Source: Bugula neritina
Taxonomy: Eukaryota; Animalia; Bryozoa
Assembly (NCBI GenBank): GCA_964035545.1
Contig: OZ037767.1
Coordinates: 21,406,628 to 21,470,627, forward strand
Reading direction: 5' to 3'
Length of the DNA: 64,000 bases
Shown in pieces: positions 40,470 to 53,093 of the stretch (position 1 is its first letter; each line of letters begins with the position of its first letter). A program made the position numbers and the translations under genes. A model generated the notes under the pieces. The model did no database searches and was not told the origin of the DNA. It was given only the letters and a program-made list of their open reading frames with translations.

Positions 40470-40638
40470 TATTATACAATGTATATGTTGCCATACAGCC
40501 TTTATTATACAGTGTATATATTGTACAACGTTTATTATGCAGTGTATATATTGTACAACATTTATTATACAGTGTATACATTGTACAGCATGTATTGTAC
40601 AGCGTATATATTGTACAACATTCATTATGCAGTGTAAA
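40470..40638. repeat. 30 bp minisatellite
   Basis: Tandem TTTATTATRCAGTGTATATATTGTACAACA variants. Confidence 0.8.
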
Positions 40639-41466
40639 TTGTTTCTTTTCCTGAAAGGACAACTATTGCAATCCTAGATTTTTATATTCAAAAATTGAAC
40701 TAAAGTTTTCACTCAACAACATAACAATTATATAGCTATGATAGGAATCTTCCGACAAGTTTAGTTTAGTTAGAAGAGCTTTCTGTACATTGTGATAAAT
40801 ACACTCTAGCGTACGGTGTTACTATAAGTATACAAGTGAGGCTCTTAACTATCCCTAAGTTATTCTGTTAAGTAATTTACTTTTTAGCAACATTTTGATC
40901 AACTGACTCTAGTAAGTCAAGCATTACCTATACCTAGCCAACATCCAGCTCTAGCTATTTACACTGCACACATGGTAAACACAAAACAACTAAATCTTGT
41001 CACGTATTTTTTCAACTCATTCATGCAGAATTTTTGCCGATTAGTTATTCTATGGTTGATAGTCAAGTACAATAACATTGATTATTGTTCTTACAATGTT
41101 ATTATCAACACAAACCTTAGTTCAACTACCAACGATGAGAGTTAAACTAAAACACAGCATTGTGTTACCTGACAGGTAATACAGCTTAGCTATTATATAG
41201 TACTGCATTACAGCTTATGATATTTTATAACTTTTATAATAAAAATAATGAAAATACAGTGAAATAAATAGACCTGAGAAAGTTCAGTTTGCATATTATT
41301 TGCTAGAACAAATTAAATCTACCAAGTAAATTAGATCCTACTTATTGATAAACGAAAGTTTAACATAAATAAACTACGCACACATTATATACTCTCCAGT
41401 TTATGGTTTAATCAAAGCTCAATATCTGAAGGAGATGCATTCTCGTCATGTTATACATATTGCTTA

Positions 41467-41808
41467 GCCTAGGGCCACACTGTGCATATTTTCGCATGCG
41501 AAAATTGAAACCACAAGTAGCAAAGGCGTCCACTGTAGCGTCAGTGATGCGTAATAAATAAAGCTTTCATTTTTAAATCGCACTCGCTTTCAATAAAACG
41601 CAATTTACTGGAATGTAGCACCAAAATAAAGAAATTGGGCTCGCTGAATAACTATCAGCCAATTAGGTGACGACGACAGAGATGATTCGCACTTGCGTTG
41701 AGAATGCTGAGCGACAAGCGAATGTTTTCTCAACGCGTACAGTGGACACCTTTGCTACTTGTGATTTCAATTTTCGCATGCGAAAATACGCACGGTGTGG
41801 CCCTAGGC
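41467..41808. mobile_element. PIF/Harbinger-like (Tourist-type) MITE
   Basis: ~70-bp TIRs (GCCTAGGGCCACACTGTGCATATTTTCGCATGCGAAAATTGAAA... and its reverse complement at the right end). 3-bp TTA TSD at 41464-41466 and 41809-41811. Confidence 0.85.
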
Positions 41809-42213
41809 TTAGCCTTTTCTTTATCTCATATTCAGGTATTGGAAATATTTACATTATAATATTTTTGGAAGCAGTAACTGAAGTGCAGATTTGATAAATT
41901 TGAAGAAGAAACTCGTAAAAGTTCCTTGGTATTTAAATTTTAGAGTGATTAAAAATTTTGATGAGCTGGGTGTTACTACATACAGTTATACTCTACACTC
42001 TACACTCTACACTCTACAATACAGTTTACTTCCTACATAGAACTACCACGAGCAGCTGTCTCCTTCTCTTCTTGTATTATAGCTTGGTGTTTAGGTTAGT
42101 ACTAATTCTGCTACCCGAACAGGAGATAGGAGATAGGCGAGAATTAGGTTAGTACTAATTGCAAGAAATTATAAATGTTTAATTTATACTATGCTGTTTT
42201 CCTATAAACTCAC

Positions 42214-42347
42214 CGACTTTGCGTCGCTGCCTCGTTTTCTTTGCTGCCCACAACTAATAGCTTCAGGATGGTCTCTGGAGGCATGTCCGGGTAGCCGGTG
42301 CCGTAAGTACAGCAAAGGAACTCGTAGCATCTTCCTTTTAGACTCAT
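42214..42347 (-). CDS. Candidate alternative first coding exon B of the Hv channel gene
   Basis: Encodes MSLKGRCYEFLCCTYGTGYPDMPPETILKLLVVGSKENEAATQS+CG and ends in a strong donor CG|GTGAGT. Phase 2 matches the acceptor at 28954. An in-frame stop lies 15 codons upstream, and CCAAT motifs occur at ~42448 and ~42481. Confidence 0.65.
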
Positions 42348-43552
42348 TTCGTTTACCAAAGATATATGTCGGTTCTTCTTGTCTGTGTTTTACCAGAATT
42401 GTGTTACGAAGATGTTTTCCTCAAAAATCCGCTTTCAATTCAGCAATCCAATCACAGGCAAGATGGTATGTGTATATTTCCCAATCACGATTGATATGAC
42501 ATGTACGTAGACCAGTGTTGAGTTGTGGCAGGTAATGCAATAACTCTGTTTGTAAACATGTAATGATATCCTTCCTTTCCCTGCATAAGCTTGACAGATA
42601 TATTGCTTCTTATTTATAGTAATGAATTCCGTGTTTGTAGATATTTATAGAAACAGCACAGGTATGTTTCTATTCATAGTAGTAGTGCTGGACTGATAGC
42701 CACCTCTCCCATTAACAGTGTCAATCTATTGTTTCCAGGTCAACTTCTAAGTTCACATCTGATGCTTAAGGTCAACACACAGATCCTATTCACTCAACTT
42801 TTAGCAAAAATAATTCTACTTGGTTGCTTTAATTATCTCGTATTCTACAATTGTTTCATAATTTCCTGCTTATATAGTTATTGATTAGCGATATTTCTAT
42901 TTATTCTATATAACAAATGAATGAGAAGAGACTAAATTGTTGATATCTCTAGAAGCTTATTATCTCTCATACTCTTGCATTTTTCAGCTAATTTGTTTCC
43001 ACCTTCACCTTTTATTTCCTCTCCGTACGCTGTATGCCCGCATGTTGGAGTGAATTATAACCATTACTACATACTTGTTGTATTAGACAAATTACTACCA
43101 GTTAGTACTTATAGCTGCTTACTATATTTTATCTACAAAGTATGCTTATAGTATAACTTTGTGTGTTCCCATCATAAACTAAAGTTTATGGCATAAAGTG
43201 GGGGTTGTTTCATAGATGTTTGCCTTAGAACTTGTTATATACAAATGCATGGTAACCCTCCCTTCGTCAATTATCTATTCATCTCTCAATAGCAACAACA
43301 TCTAACATTTTACTGCAATGTTTTGTAGCTTTTGCAAGTTTTAATTTGATATAATAAAAATTTATATTGTATATATGTAATATATTATATATATATTATA
43401 GTGTAAAAAATATTTTATAGTATATATAGCATACCGTACAATATATACAATGTATTACATATTACAAATAGTAGAAATACATATTATGATCATTATATAT
43501 AACTCTAAAACTAAATGTTTGAATGATATTCAATAATTTATGTCCTTTAATA

Positions 43553-45259
43553 CCGTAAAATGGGGTAACATTGGCCGTTTTGAGACATATTTTGGGTGTC
43601 ATATGAAAGGATTACAATATTCTTTAAAATTTTTGGATGCTAAATGAAGCTTATCAACATATGCACTAAATGAAAGAACCATTTGCAGTTTGGGACTGCT
43701 AGATCTCCTGTGGTATTAAAAAAAGTAGGTGGCCAAAGTTACCCTATTTTCGGGGTAACTTTGGCCGGTGTCGTTATTCTCCATGTAGCTAAAGTTAGCA
43801 GCACTTGGAGCTTTTTTAGCCAGTTAGAAATTAAAGAACAACATTATTCAACTTCATTACTACAAAAAAAAATTATTTTAGACAAAATGCAAGCTATAAT
43901 AGTGTAATTATTGCATTGAAACCACAGCTATTCGAGGTACATTGTTAATAAGTGTAAAAACTTTTGTATATGTATAAAAAATCATGTATTTTGCTGGCAA
44001 CATTGAATAAATCACTGTACAAGTTCAAATTCCATTGAATTTAATCTTAAATTCAAGTCTGCCCTTTCAAACTATAGGCTGTGGCAGTTGTCTGTAGATT
44101 TTTTAAATAATGCGTAATGTCTTCAGAATTAACTGTTGCCCATTCCGGTGCTATGTTTTGGCACAACCTGTGAGACAAGCTATCTTTATGTCTTGACATA
44201 AAACTGAGACTCCAGTGATCTTGAGGGTAGTTGCTTTTGAAATGTTGCACTCTTCTCTCACATTTGTCAAAATAGGTCTTGACTATTATTCGAAAGTCTG
44301 TTTTATCTAATGGAAAGCCCCATTGAGCCAGCTTTGTAGTAGGTATGGTCAACAATGGCTACCTCCTCTACTTGTGATAACACAGTTTGGTGTCCAGGCT
44401 TCAGCTTGTGTCTTCATGCGGCTCTGTTTTGTAGTGTTCCTTTGGTAATATCATATTTCTAGCCACTTCTTGTCAAGACTTTCCAGCTGCCAATTCTTGT
44501 GAATAAAGCAAAACCAATGATCTCCTCAGATATACCATTTCTTGGAGATGTTACTTTTCTTTAATATTTTCTGAGTATAATTGTCTTGAAAAATACATTT
44601 TACAATGCATGGTCAAATTCTTATATAAAAAAAAACATTAAACACAAAATTGCTGTCTGGGAACAAAAATGCATAATTCCCCATGTAATTATTTCATATT
44701 TCGGACTCTAAGTTGTTTCAAAAGCATTGGGTATAGGTGAATCAAATGATTGTGCCTTTAGAGAGTAATGTACTATGTGTCTGAAGTAACAGGAAATTCG
44801 CAGCGCTGCCAGAAACCTACTTTGGAGTACCATTTAGTCATGGCCAAAGTTACCCCAAATTCGTCAAAAATTGTACACAGTGAATTCAAAACACATATTT
44901 TAATTTTGGATTTCAATTTATTTACCTAAATTACAAATATCCTGGTTAAATACTTACCAAAGTTCTTTAATACAAAAAAGAAAATGAGTCCAGCTTTTCT
45001 AATGCCTTCAAATTGATTAAAGTTGGACAGCGCTGAAAATCTTGTTGTCAAACAGGAAATTGAAAATGGCTGACAGCAAGAAGCAGCAAATAAGTATATC
45101 AATTATTTTTCAGGAATAGGATGCACCAATCTACACTCAGTGCATATATACAATTAAAATATCTTTAGACTTCATAGATATAGCACCAGCTACATTTTAA
45201 ACATTTTTTCCAAAGTGGCCAAAGTTACCCCAAGTGGCTAAAGTTACCCCATTTTACGG
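43553..45259 (-). mobile_element. pogo/Tigger-like (Tc1/mariner superfamily) element, internally deleted
   Basis: TIR CCGTAAAATGGGGTAAC / GTTACCCCATTTTACGG with TA TSD (43551-43552, 45260-45261). Minus-strand transposase remnant at ~44053-44500 with frameshifts and stops (YDITKGTLQNR..., LAQWGFPLDKTDFRIIVKTYFD...WSLSFMSRH), resembling psq/CENP-B-type HTH domains. No DDE domain is visible. Confidence 0.88.
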
Positions 45260-45710
45260 TATGTAATTATTTCTAATAGTCTTTTAGCAATTGCAGTGTT
45301 TTTAAACACAGTTATATCGCAATTAGTAGGTGTAATGTGAAAGTTTTACCTGCATAGATATATTTGAACTCAAAATATTCAAACATGCTATCTATTAAAG
45401 TAATTTTTACTGAATGCTGAAATCTACTTTGTTTTTATTTATGCTTTATAATGAATGGATACACTTTCTCTGTAATTACTCACAAGTCATGAAATGCTAG
45501 AGTTGTCTACTCTTTTTCTCTGCATAGCTCTTGGCATACCAATGTAAAAATTTACACGTCTGCATACACTTATAGTGTTACATTATTTTAAGGGCTGTAC
45601 CAAATCTCATTATATTTCTATAAAACTAAGTTCAAAAGTGGGTGCATACATTATTAGTGTATTACAATATATCTTATACACTAAAAAGGGTTACATTACA
45701 GGAATTTCGT

Positions 45711-45838
45711 ACACACACGCACACACGCACACACACACACACACACGCACACACACACGCACACACACACACACACGCACACATGCACACACGCACACAC
45801 ACACACGCGCGCACACAGGCACACACACACACACACGC

Positions 45839-45877
<39 letters not shown>

Positions 45878-45970
45878 CACACGCACACACACACACACAC
45901 GCACACATGCACACACGCACACACACACACGCGCGCACACAGGCACACAGGCACACACACACACACACGC

Positions 45971-46017
<47 letters not shown>

Positions 46018-46029
46018 CACACACACAGG

Positions 46030-46069
<40 letters not shown>

Positions 46070-46118
46070 CACAGGCACGCACACACACACACACACACAC
46101 ACACGCGCACACACACAG

Positions 46119-46149
<31 letters not shown>
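45711..46149. repeat. (CA)n/(CG)-interrupted microsatellite
   Basis: Visible directly; source of six spurious ORFs. Confidence 0.97.
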
Positions 46150-46150
<1 letters not shown>

Positions 46151-49100
46151 TTCATATTATATTATTTATGATTACTATTCCAAAATTTCTTCAATACAAA
46201 AACAAGTTCAAGTAAGCAACAAAAACTTAACTATATGCGTATATTAGGCTATTAATATATACTAGGTTAAAGAGGTGAATGACTGGTTTATTATTCTATA
46301 GCTCATGTTTATACCCCAACATTAATACTAGTATGAATCTTGTTATGACCATAGCCTTGCTTGCTGCTTATGTGTAGAGGCTGACACTTATAGCTGAACT
46401 GGTGAACTATTGGTAGTATCTTACAAATATTTATACTTATACATGTATATATATACTTACACTCAATACTATGTTTATATTATATATACGTGATGGTATG
46501 TACATATTGGCTATTGTGCATTTCTCAACATAATAATCTCCTAATAATCATACCTACATCACTTATATGTTACAATACTGAAACTATAATTAACTAATGT
46601 ATGTTTTTATTGATGATTATTTGAAGTTTGCCTCTTTGCTAAACACTTCACAATTGTGATTCATAATATAGTGAATACTGTATAATTTCACACCTTGCAT
46701 ATATATTGACTGTAAGAATATTATAGGCTTACAACTATCAGACACTACCAGACCATCAGATATGTATCACTATAGCATTCCCATTGCTTGGTTTTTGCAG
46801 TGAATTTTTCACTCTATGTTTGGGATCAGGTCCATCTAATGAAACCACAACCAAAGTTACTGCAAACCGCAGTCACAAATTCATTAATGTATGGAAATGC
46901 AGTGCATACCTTCTACACAATAGAAATTATCTTGCTTTTGTAATCTTATGTCAAGCTGCAATTTAAAACTATTTTTATGGCAAAATACACTAGAAGAGAC
47001 CCATTTCATGTTATATATGGGAGTGTACGAGACAGCATCAGACAAAGCTGTGGTTACCAGCACTCCCTGCCCACGCTCATGACCCACACAACACACTTCC
47101 CATCCTATTCCCTTGCCACCAAACAGCAGGTACAGAAACAGAGTGTACAGAAACCTTATAGTGCAATGAACTTGGCCAGTTCCTTTCATGCAATTTAATC
47201 CTCTGCATATAGTATATTCTCAAACAATGACTAAAGTGATAAATATTTCATGCCAACATTTGCTACTTTCTAAATGTTTCAACAGGTAGATATTATTTGC
47301 AGGTATCTTTATCCTTCAACACGTAATACTTGCCTGCTGCTTTAAAACTTCAAACTAATCATCAATATGTGGATATTTTACAGCAAATTACAGCTGAAGC
47401 TTTGAAATATTAATACTAGAAAAAAATTCCCCATATCAGATCTTAAATAGCACACTCTACTCTATATACTGCATGATGTCATTATACACTATTCTGTATA
47501 TGAATTTATGGAGATAGACATTATTATATGCTACATTATACTAGCATTAGCATAAACTATGCTTTCAAAATACAAGTCACTATAATTACAAATAATATTA
47601 TGTGGAATTGTCTACCCAAAGGTTAATACTGCAGCTGTATGTAGGCTACAGTTAGCTGCAATTGTGGTAATAACTAGAAAATGATGAACTCTAAAGCTGT
47701 CTGTTTTGATTATAGTGAAGAACTCAGACTGTATTGAATGTTAGAACATGAGCCTCACCAGGCTGTGAATATGAGCTATAAATTATGGTCTGCTGGAACA
47801 GTTTTCCAGCCAGTATTCATTAATAAAAAATATTGATTATGCAATCAAACTAAATAATTACATGCAATTACATAATACGGTCATGCAGCTATGGCAATTT
47901 ACTTCTTACAACCTACTTAGTTAGGTAGGGGGTTTGCATTAGTCAAAATCTACATGCTTTACAATGTTCAATCCAGCACTTGGTGCCAATTATAGCAATT
48001 GCATCAAAATATAATAAAATTATGGAGCTGTCTATTTAAATGCGTGTTTTTTGATTGTTTTATACGCTTTTAAGGCTACAATTCATTGCTAGCAACTTTC
48101 TAACCGACATTATAACATTATAACATTATTAAGTTTTATTTATTTTCTCAACAGGTGTTGCTGTTGTTCTTCAACATCATCTCAAATGTTTATCAAGTAC
48201 CTGCTACTAATTTGGTCAGCATCCATTTATGAACAACAACTACACAACTACCTTGCGGCTGATGTCTAGACATGCAATACTGTTTACTAGGTTTTATCTG
48301 TAGTTGAACTGGCCCAATTTTAAAGCTCTGAATACATTAGCTAAGGTTACATATTTCTGCTAATTTTATAGCTGCAGCAAAGGCAAGAATAATTATCTTC
48401 ATAATGGTACTGACTGTATAGCATGCTTTCCTACTAATTGTCACTTATGGTACGATTACTGCTATTGTTTGACTATTAGACGTGAACTAATTGATCAGTA
48501 TTTTCAAATATGCATTCTGGTATTAAATACTGATTCTTATGGCTTTCTTTTATTATTTTATCATCTTTCTATTGTAGTCTAATAGTAATCTTAATAAGTT
48601 TCATCATTATAAGTTAAAGGAAAGAAACGTGGAATAGTTGTTAAGAATTATACCATTAACCATACTAGGTTCATCTGTACAAAAACGGATCAAATAATAG
48701 CTAATAAATAATATTAAAAGGAAATAATACTTTATAAATTTTATTTAGATCAAAATATAGTGCTTGTTTTAGTTTGAGCAATATAAAAGTACTGAGCAGT
48801 GAGTCGTGAAAGGTGAAATGTTGCTAGGTACACTAACAGACTAGCTGGTTCTAGAGTCTAGACAGAATGGCTTATTGCCCAACTGTACACAATTTGTACA
48901 TATAGTAGCCCATGCTGTGCAATATCTCTTTGATCTTGTGGAAGGTTTAAATAATGTTACCAAATTATTGGTATGCACTGGCCTTCCTAAAAATCTTTTT
49001 ATAAACACAGTCATGTTATAGCCTTGACTTGTCTAAACACTCACTGGTGTCTGGGAATAAAACAATAAATACAAGTTTTCCTGTTTATACTATCTAGCAG

Positions 49101-49817
49101 ATATCTTGATATTGTGATATGTCATATATGCACAGTAGCCTAATGTGTCTACTTGCAACTGGGGGGTGATCTATAATCTAGATTTTATCTGCATATGAAT
49201 ATAAAAATCATTACCGCATCACTACTTGATATTGTGGTTATTATACACTTCTTCTGTGAACTGACTATAAGCTTGCCTGGGGCCACATTAGACAAATTTC
49301 CACATGACGCAAACTGCATGCGGAAAATTTGCTGCTGGAGTTACCTGGCACGTTGTCAGCAGAAGTGAAAATTTACTATAGCTAATGATGCTTGTGTTTA
49401 ACTCTATTGCTTATCTGCAGCACTTTGTTTTCATAGCTACTCAAGCTGCATTTGCGTTGTACCGCACGAAAGTGCAAAAAATCAAGAGGCAAAAGTCAAA
49501 AATGAAAACTCGAAACGCTAGAGGACTAAATAGTAATCAGCCAGTAAAACTGCTTTTCGAACTCTTCAGCACAAAGCTGCCAAATTTTTCCCTAGTTTAG
49601 ATTTTCATCTAATGCGGCATTCAAGAGTAGTAGTGGAGAAATTGAGACAGCCCAGGTTTTTAAATTTCTATATACATTTTGGTGCTGGTTGAAATTCTTG
49701 CTTCTGCTACATTTCTAATCTAGAATAGAGGCTTTTCTCAATTTCTCCACTACTGCATCTACCTTTAATGTGGTGCTATGTAAAGTCAAGATATAGAGCT
49801 ATTATAATCGAAATCAT

Positions 49818-49967
49818 CTATAAGCATGTTTAGGGTGACTGAGTGCATTAGTTAGGAGTTTTGAGTTTTAAGTTTGGGGTCCAAGGCTTTATCCTAAACC
49901 TCCAACCCCAAACTCGAGAACCCAAACTAATGCACTCAGTCACCCTCTACTCTGAGCTGCTTATAGA
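49818..49967. repeat. Inverted repeat / small fold-back element
   Basis: AGGGTGACTGAGTGCATTAGTT (from 49832) pairs with AACTAATGCACTCAGTCACCCT (to 49946). Outer arms CTATAAGCA / TGCTTATAG and inner arms AGTTTGGGGT / ACCCCAAACT also pair. Confidence 0.75.
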
Positions 49968-50054
49968 AAAATTCATTATAGTCCGGTACTTTAGCCATGC
50001 CCTTTACCACTCCCCCTCCCCCTCCACTCCCCCTCCCCTCTCTCTTTGACTAAC

Positions 50055-50251
50055 CTGAGATCTGGCTTCTTGCGGTGAGCTACGGAAACAAGACCAATGT
50101 TCAGAGCACTTGCTAGAGATCCTGCTATTGTTGTAGAGCTCGTGGAGTTCATCGAGTCATTGTCGTTTCCAGTAACTTTCAAAGACTTCTTGAGAAATTG
50201 TCTTCTCCGCAAAGAGCGAACATTGAATGGTTTCTTAGTGTGAGCAGTCAT
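50055..50251 (-). CDS. Candidate alternative first coding exon C of the Hv channel gene
   Basis: Encodes MTAHTKKPFNVRSLRRRQFLKKSLKV...AHRKKPDL+AG with donor AG|GTTAGT. Phase 2 matches the acceptor at 28954. The frame stays open upstream to a possible acceptor at ~50497. Confidence 0.55.
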
Positions 50252-50619
50252 TTCTGTTTCAGTTATATAATCCTCCAATAGACAGCTTGACTTTGTGCGT
50301 TGTATGCGCTGTGTGTTGTGTGTTGTAAGTGTTGTGTGTTGTAAGTGTTTTGTATTGTAAGTGTTGTGTGTTGTAAGTGTTTTGTAGTGTGTTGTATGTG
50401 TTGTGTGAGAGAGATGTGAGAGAGATGTGTGTGGCAGAGTTTTCCTACAAGGCTCCTTGTAGATGTCATATACAGATGATGCCGACACTGATTTCACCTG
50501 CCAATAACAGCTCCTAGTGCTGCCAAGTGATTGCTCTCATTGGCTAGATTCTGTTATATGTGGAGTATTAGCTTGCTGAGAATGTATGTAATCATCAATT
50601 TCTCTGTCTATAATGGGAG

Positions 50620-50786
50620 ATGTCTATGTATACAGTATATTATGTATGTGTATACAATACATATGTATGTGTATACAGTATATGTATGTGTATATAGTAT
50701 ATGTATGTATATATAGTATATGTATGTGTGTATACAGTATATTATGTATGTGTGTATACAGTATATTATGTATGTGTGTGCGTGTG

Positions 50787-50862
<76 letters not shown>

Positions 50863-50875
50863 TGTGTGTGTGTAG
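50620..50875. repeat. TA/TG-rich repeats and (GCGT)n microsatellite
   Basis: Visible directly in the sequence. Confidence 0.9.
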
Positions 50876-51454
50876 TTATATGCATATAAATACACATAGG
50901 TATAGCCACTATATATAATGTTTCCACTGTATATGTGTTTGTATTGTATATATGTTATATGTAACTGATATGTGCACATACATATGTACTGTATATGTAT
51001 ATGTGTAATGTGGCTGCATATATATCTGTATTATTATATAAACATTATTTATAACTAATTAGTTAATGCATTTACAGCTGCGTAGAGTGCAAGCAGTCTA
51101 TTTTTACAGCTACTATATGTTAACTGCTTATATGGATGTTTTACTTACTCTCACATCATTCAATTCATTAGGTAAACTGGTGTTTATAGGGTGAGTTGAT
51201 GTTGTTTGCCAGGTGCTTCAAGTTTACCAGTGATTTAATAGTGGAATAATTAAAACACTGCTATAGGCTACACTTTTTACAAACTCTTCTATGGACACTA
51301 CTGTACGATACTGTACTAAATTTTGTGTTTATTGATATAATTTTTAGGATAGCTTGTGACCTGCTACCAATTACCAATTACTCAAACAACACTGAAAGAC
51401 ACTGCATGAGGGTATTTACTGACAGCACTACTACACTATGCAGACTTTACACTA

Positions 51455-51705
51455 TGTAGACTGTAAACTGTATAGTGTAGACTGTAGACTGTAAACTGTA
51501 AACTGTATAGTGTAAACTGTATAGTGTAGACTCTAGACTGTAAACTGTATAGTGTAGACTGTAGACTGTAGACTGTAAACTGTATAGTGTAGACTGTAGA
51601 CTGTATAGTGTAGACTCTAGACTGTAAACTGTATAGTGTAGACTGTAGACTGTAGACTGTAAACTGTATAGTGTAGACTGTAAACTGTAGAGTGTAGACT
51701 GTAGA
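51455..51705. repeat. 7-bp-based satellite (TGTAGAC/TGTAAAC/TGTATAG)
   Basis: Visible directly in the sequence. Confidence 0.85.
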
Positions 51706-53093
51706 GCATAGTATTATGTTTACAATATCACTGGTTAACCAAAAATAATAACAGTAAACACTGTCAGGTATAAATTATGGTTGTTTTATAGAAATGTAGA
51801 CAAAGTTTTAGTTGTCAAACTAAAGTCTATGCAATAGTAATAGGCTAAAGTTAAAGTTTGCAGTTGTCTTTCCTATGCTAATTCTTCGCACAAGATTAGA
51901 CAACTCTAAAAATACTAGCCAGTATTACTAAATTGGTAGAGAAATTATTGCTATTCAGCAGCTTTTGGAAATTGCAGTAAATTTTAAGTTATATACTTGC
52001 AGAATATGCCAAGACGTATAATGTATCATATATATGATAATATACTATATAATATAATACTATGTAGCATGTTATGTAACATATTGTTTAGTACATTTTA
52101 GTATATTATATACTATGATATTATAAAGTCTTTACTGTATAGTATATTGTGTAATACAATAATATATAGTATTTTATGCAGTATATTGTATGATATATAT
52201 TGCAAAATAGATTGTATAGTATGCTATATCGTGTATTACATTATACATTATATTATAAAGTAGGTTGCTCGATACAATGAATTTATAACATATTATAAAA
52301 AATTACTATATAACATGTAATATATTATAACATATTATATTATATATTATTATGCTACTCGTACAAGACCACAGCGTCTAGGTAATAAATAGAACATATT
52401 ATAGAGATGCAGTTATTGAAGCATTAGCTGCAGGTCTTTATAGCTATTCTATGTAATACATATGACTTGGATTTTCTTTCTCTTTGAAACCAACTGTGGG
52501 AACCCAGTAAATTTTTTTGCTTACTTTCAGCCTTTATTGCTTATATACAATACTATAAAAACGAGTAAAAATACGTTTTCCTCACTTCAGTGTAAAGCAA
52601 GCTGTTTAACTTGTATCACTCTTTGCGCAGGCCTCCATTTCCTAACGTAAACAAAAGCACGTGGCTACGCTTCTACGCTCATTATTAATTAATATTGCTG
52701 GCCTCTTCCAATCGCGGGAGTTCGTATGCTGGGATTCAATACAGCATTTCATAATAATATTATTATAATCTGCGAGTAGTGATTGTACTGATTAAGATGC
52801 GTAATATTAGAATACTACTAATAGACTCCGCTGACAGCTCACCTGTACCAGTGCTAGTGAGTTAACTGAATTATACTGATCAGAATACCACTACCAGCGT
52901 GAGTGACTTTACTGAGTTATACTGATCAGAGTGCTACTGCTAGGGATTTGACTGAGAACCAGTGCTAGAGATTAGTGACCAGCTGATATTGACATGTATT
53001 GAAAACTAGAAGCTCAGCTGCCGGAGCATTGGGTACTCAGTGCGTATTTTAACTATAGGCATAAAGTCAGCAACAGACAGGCTGCAAGTGAAC

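Noticed and set aside
45575-46247. His/Thr-rich and Cys/Val-rich ORFs (also at 31819-32271 and 50608-50979)
   Set aside because: Translations of CA and GCGT microsatellites.
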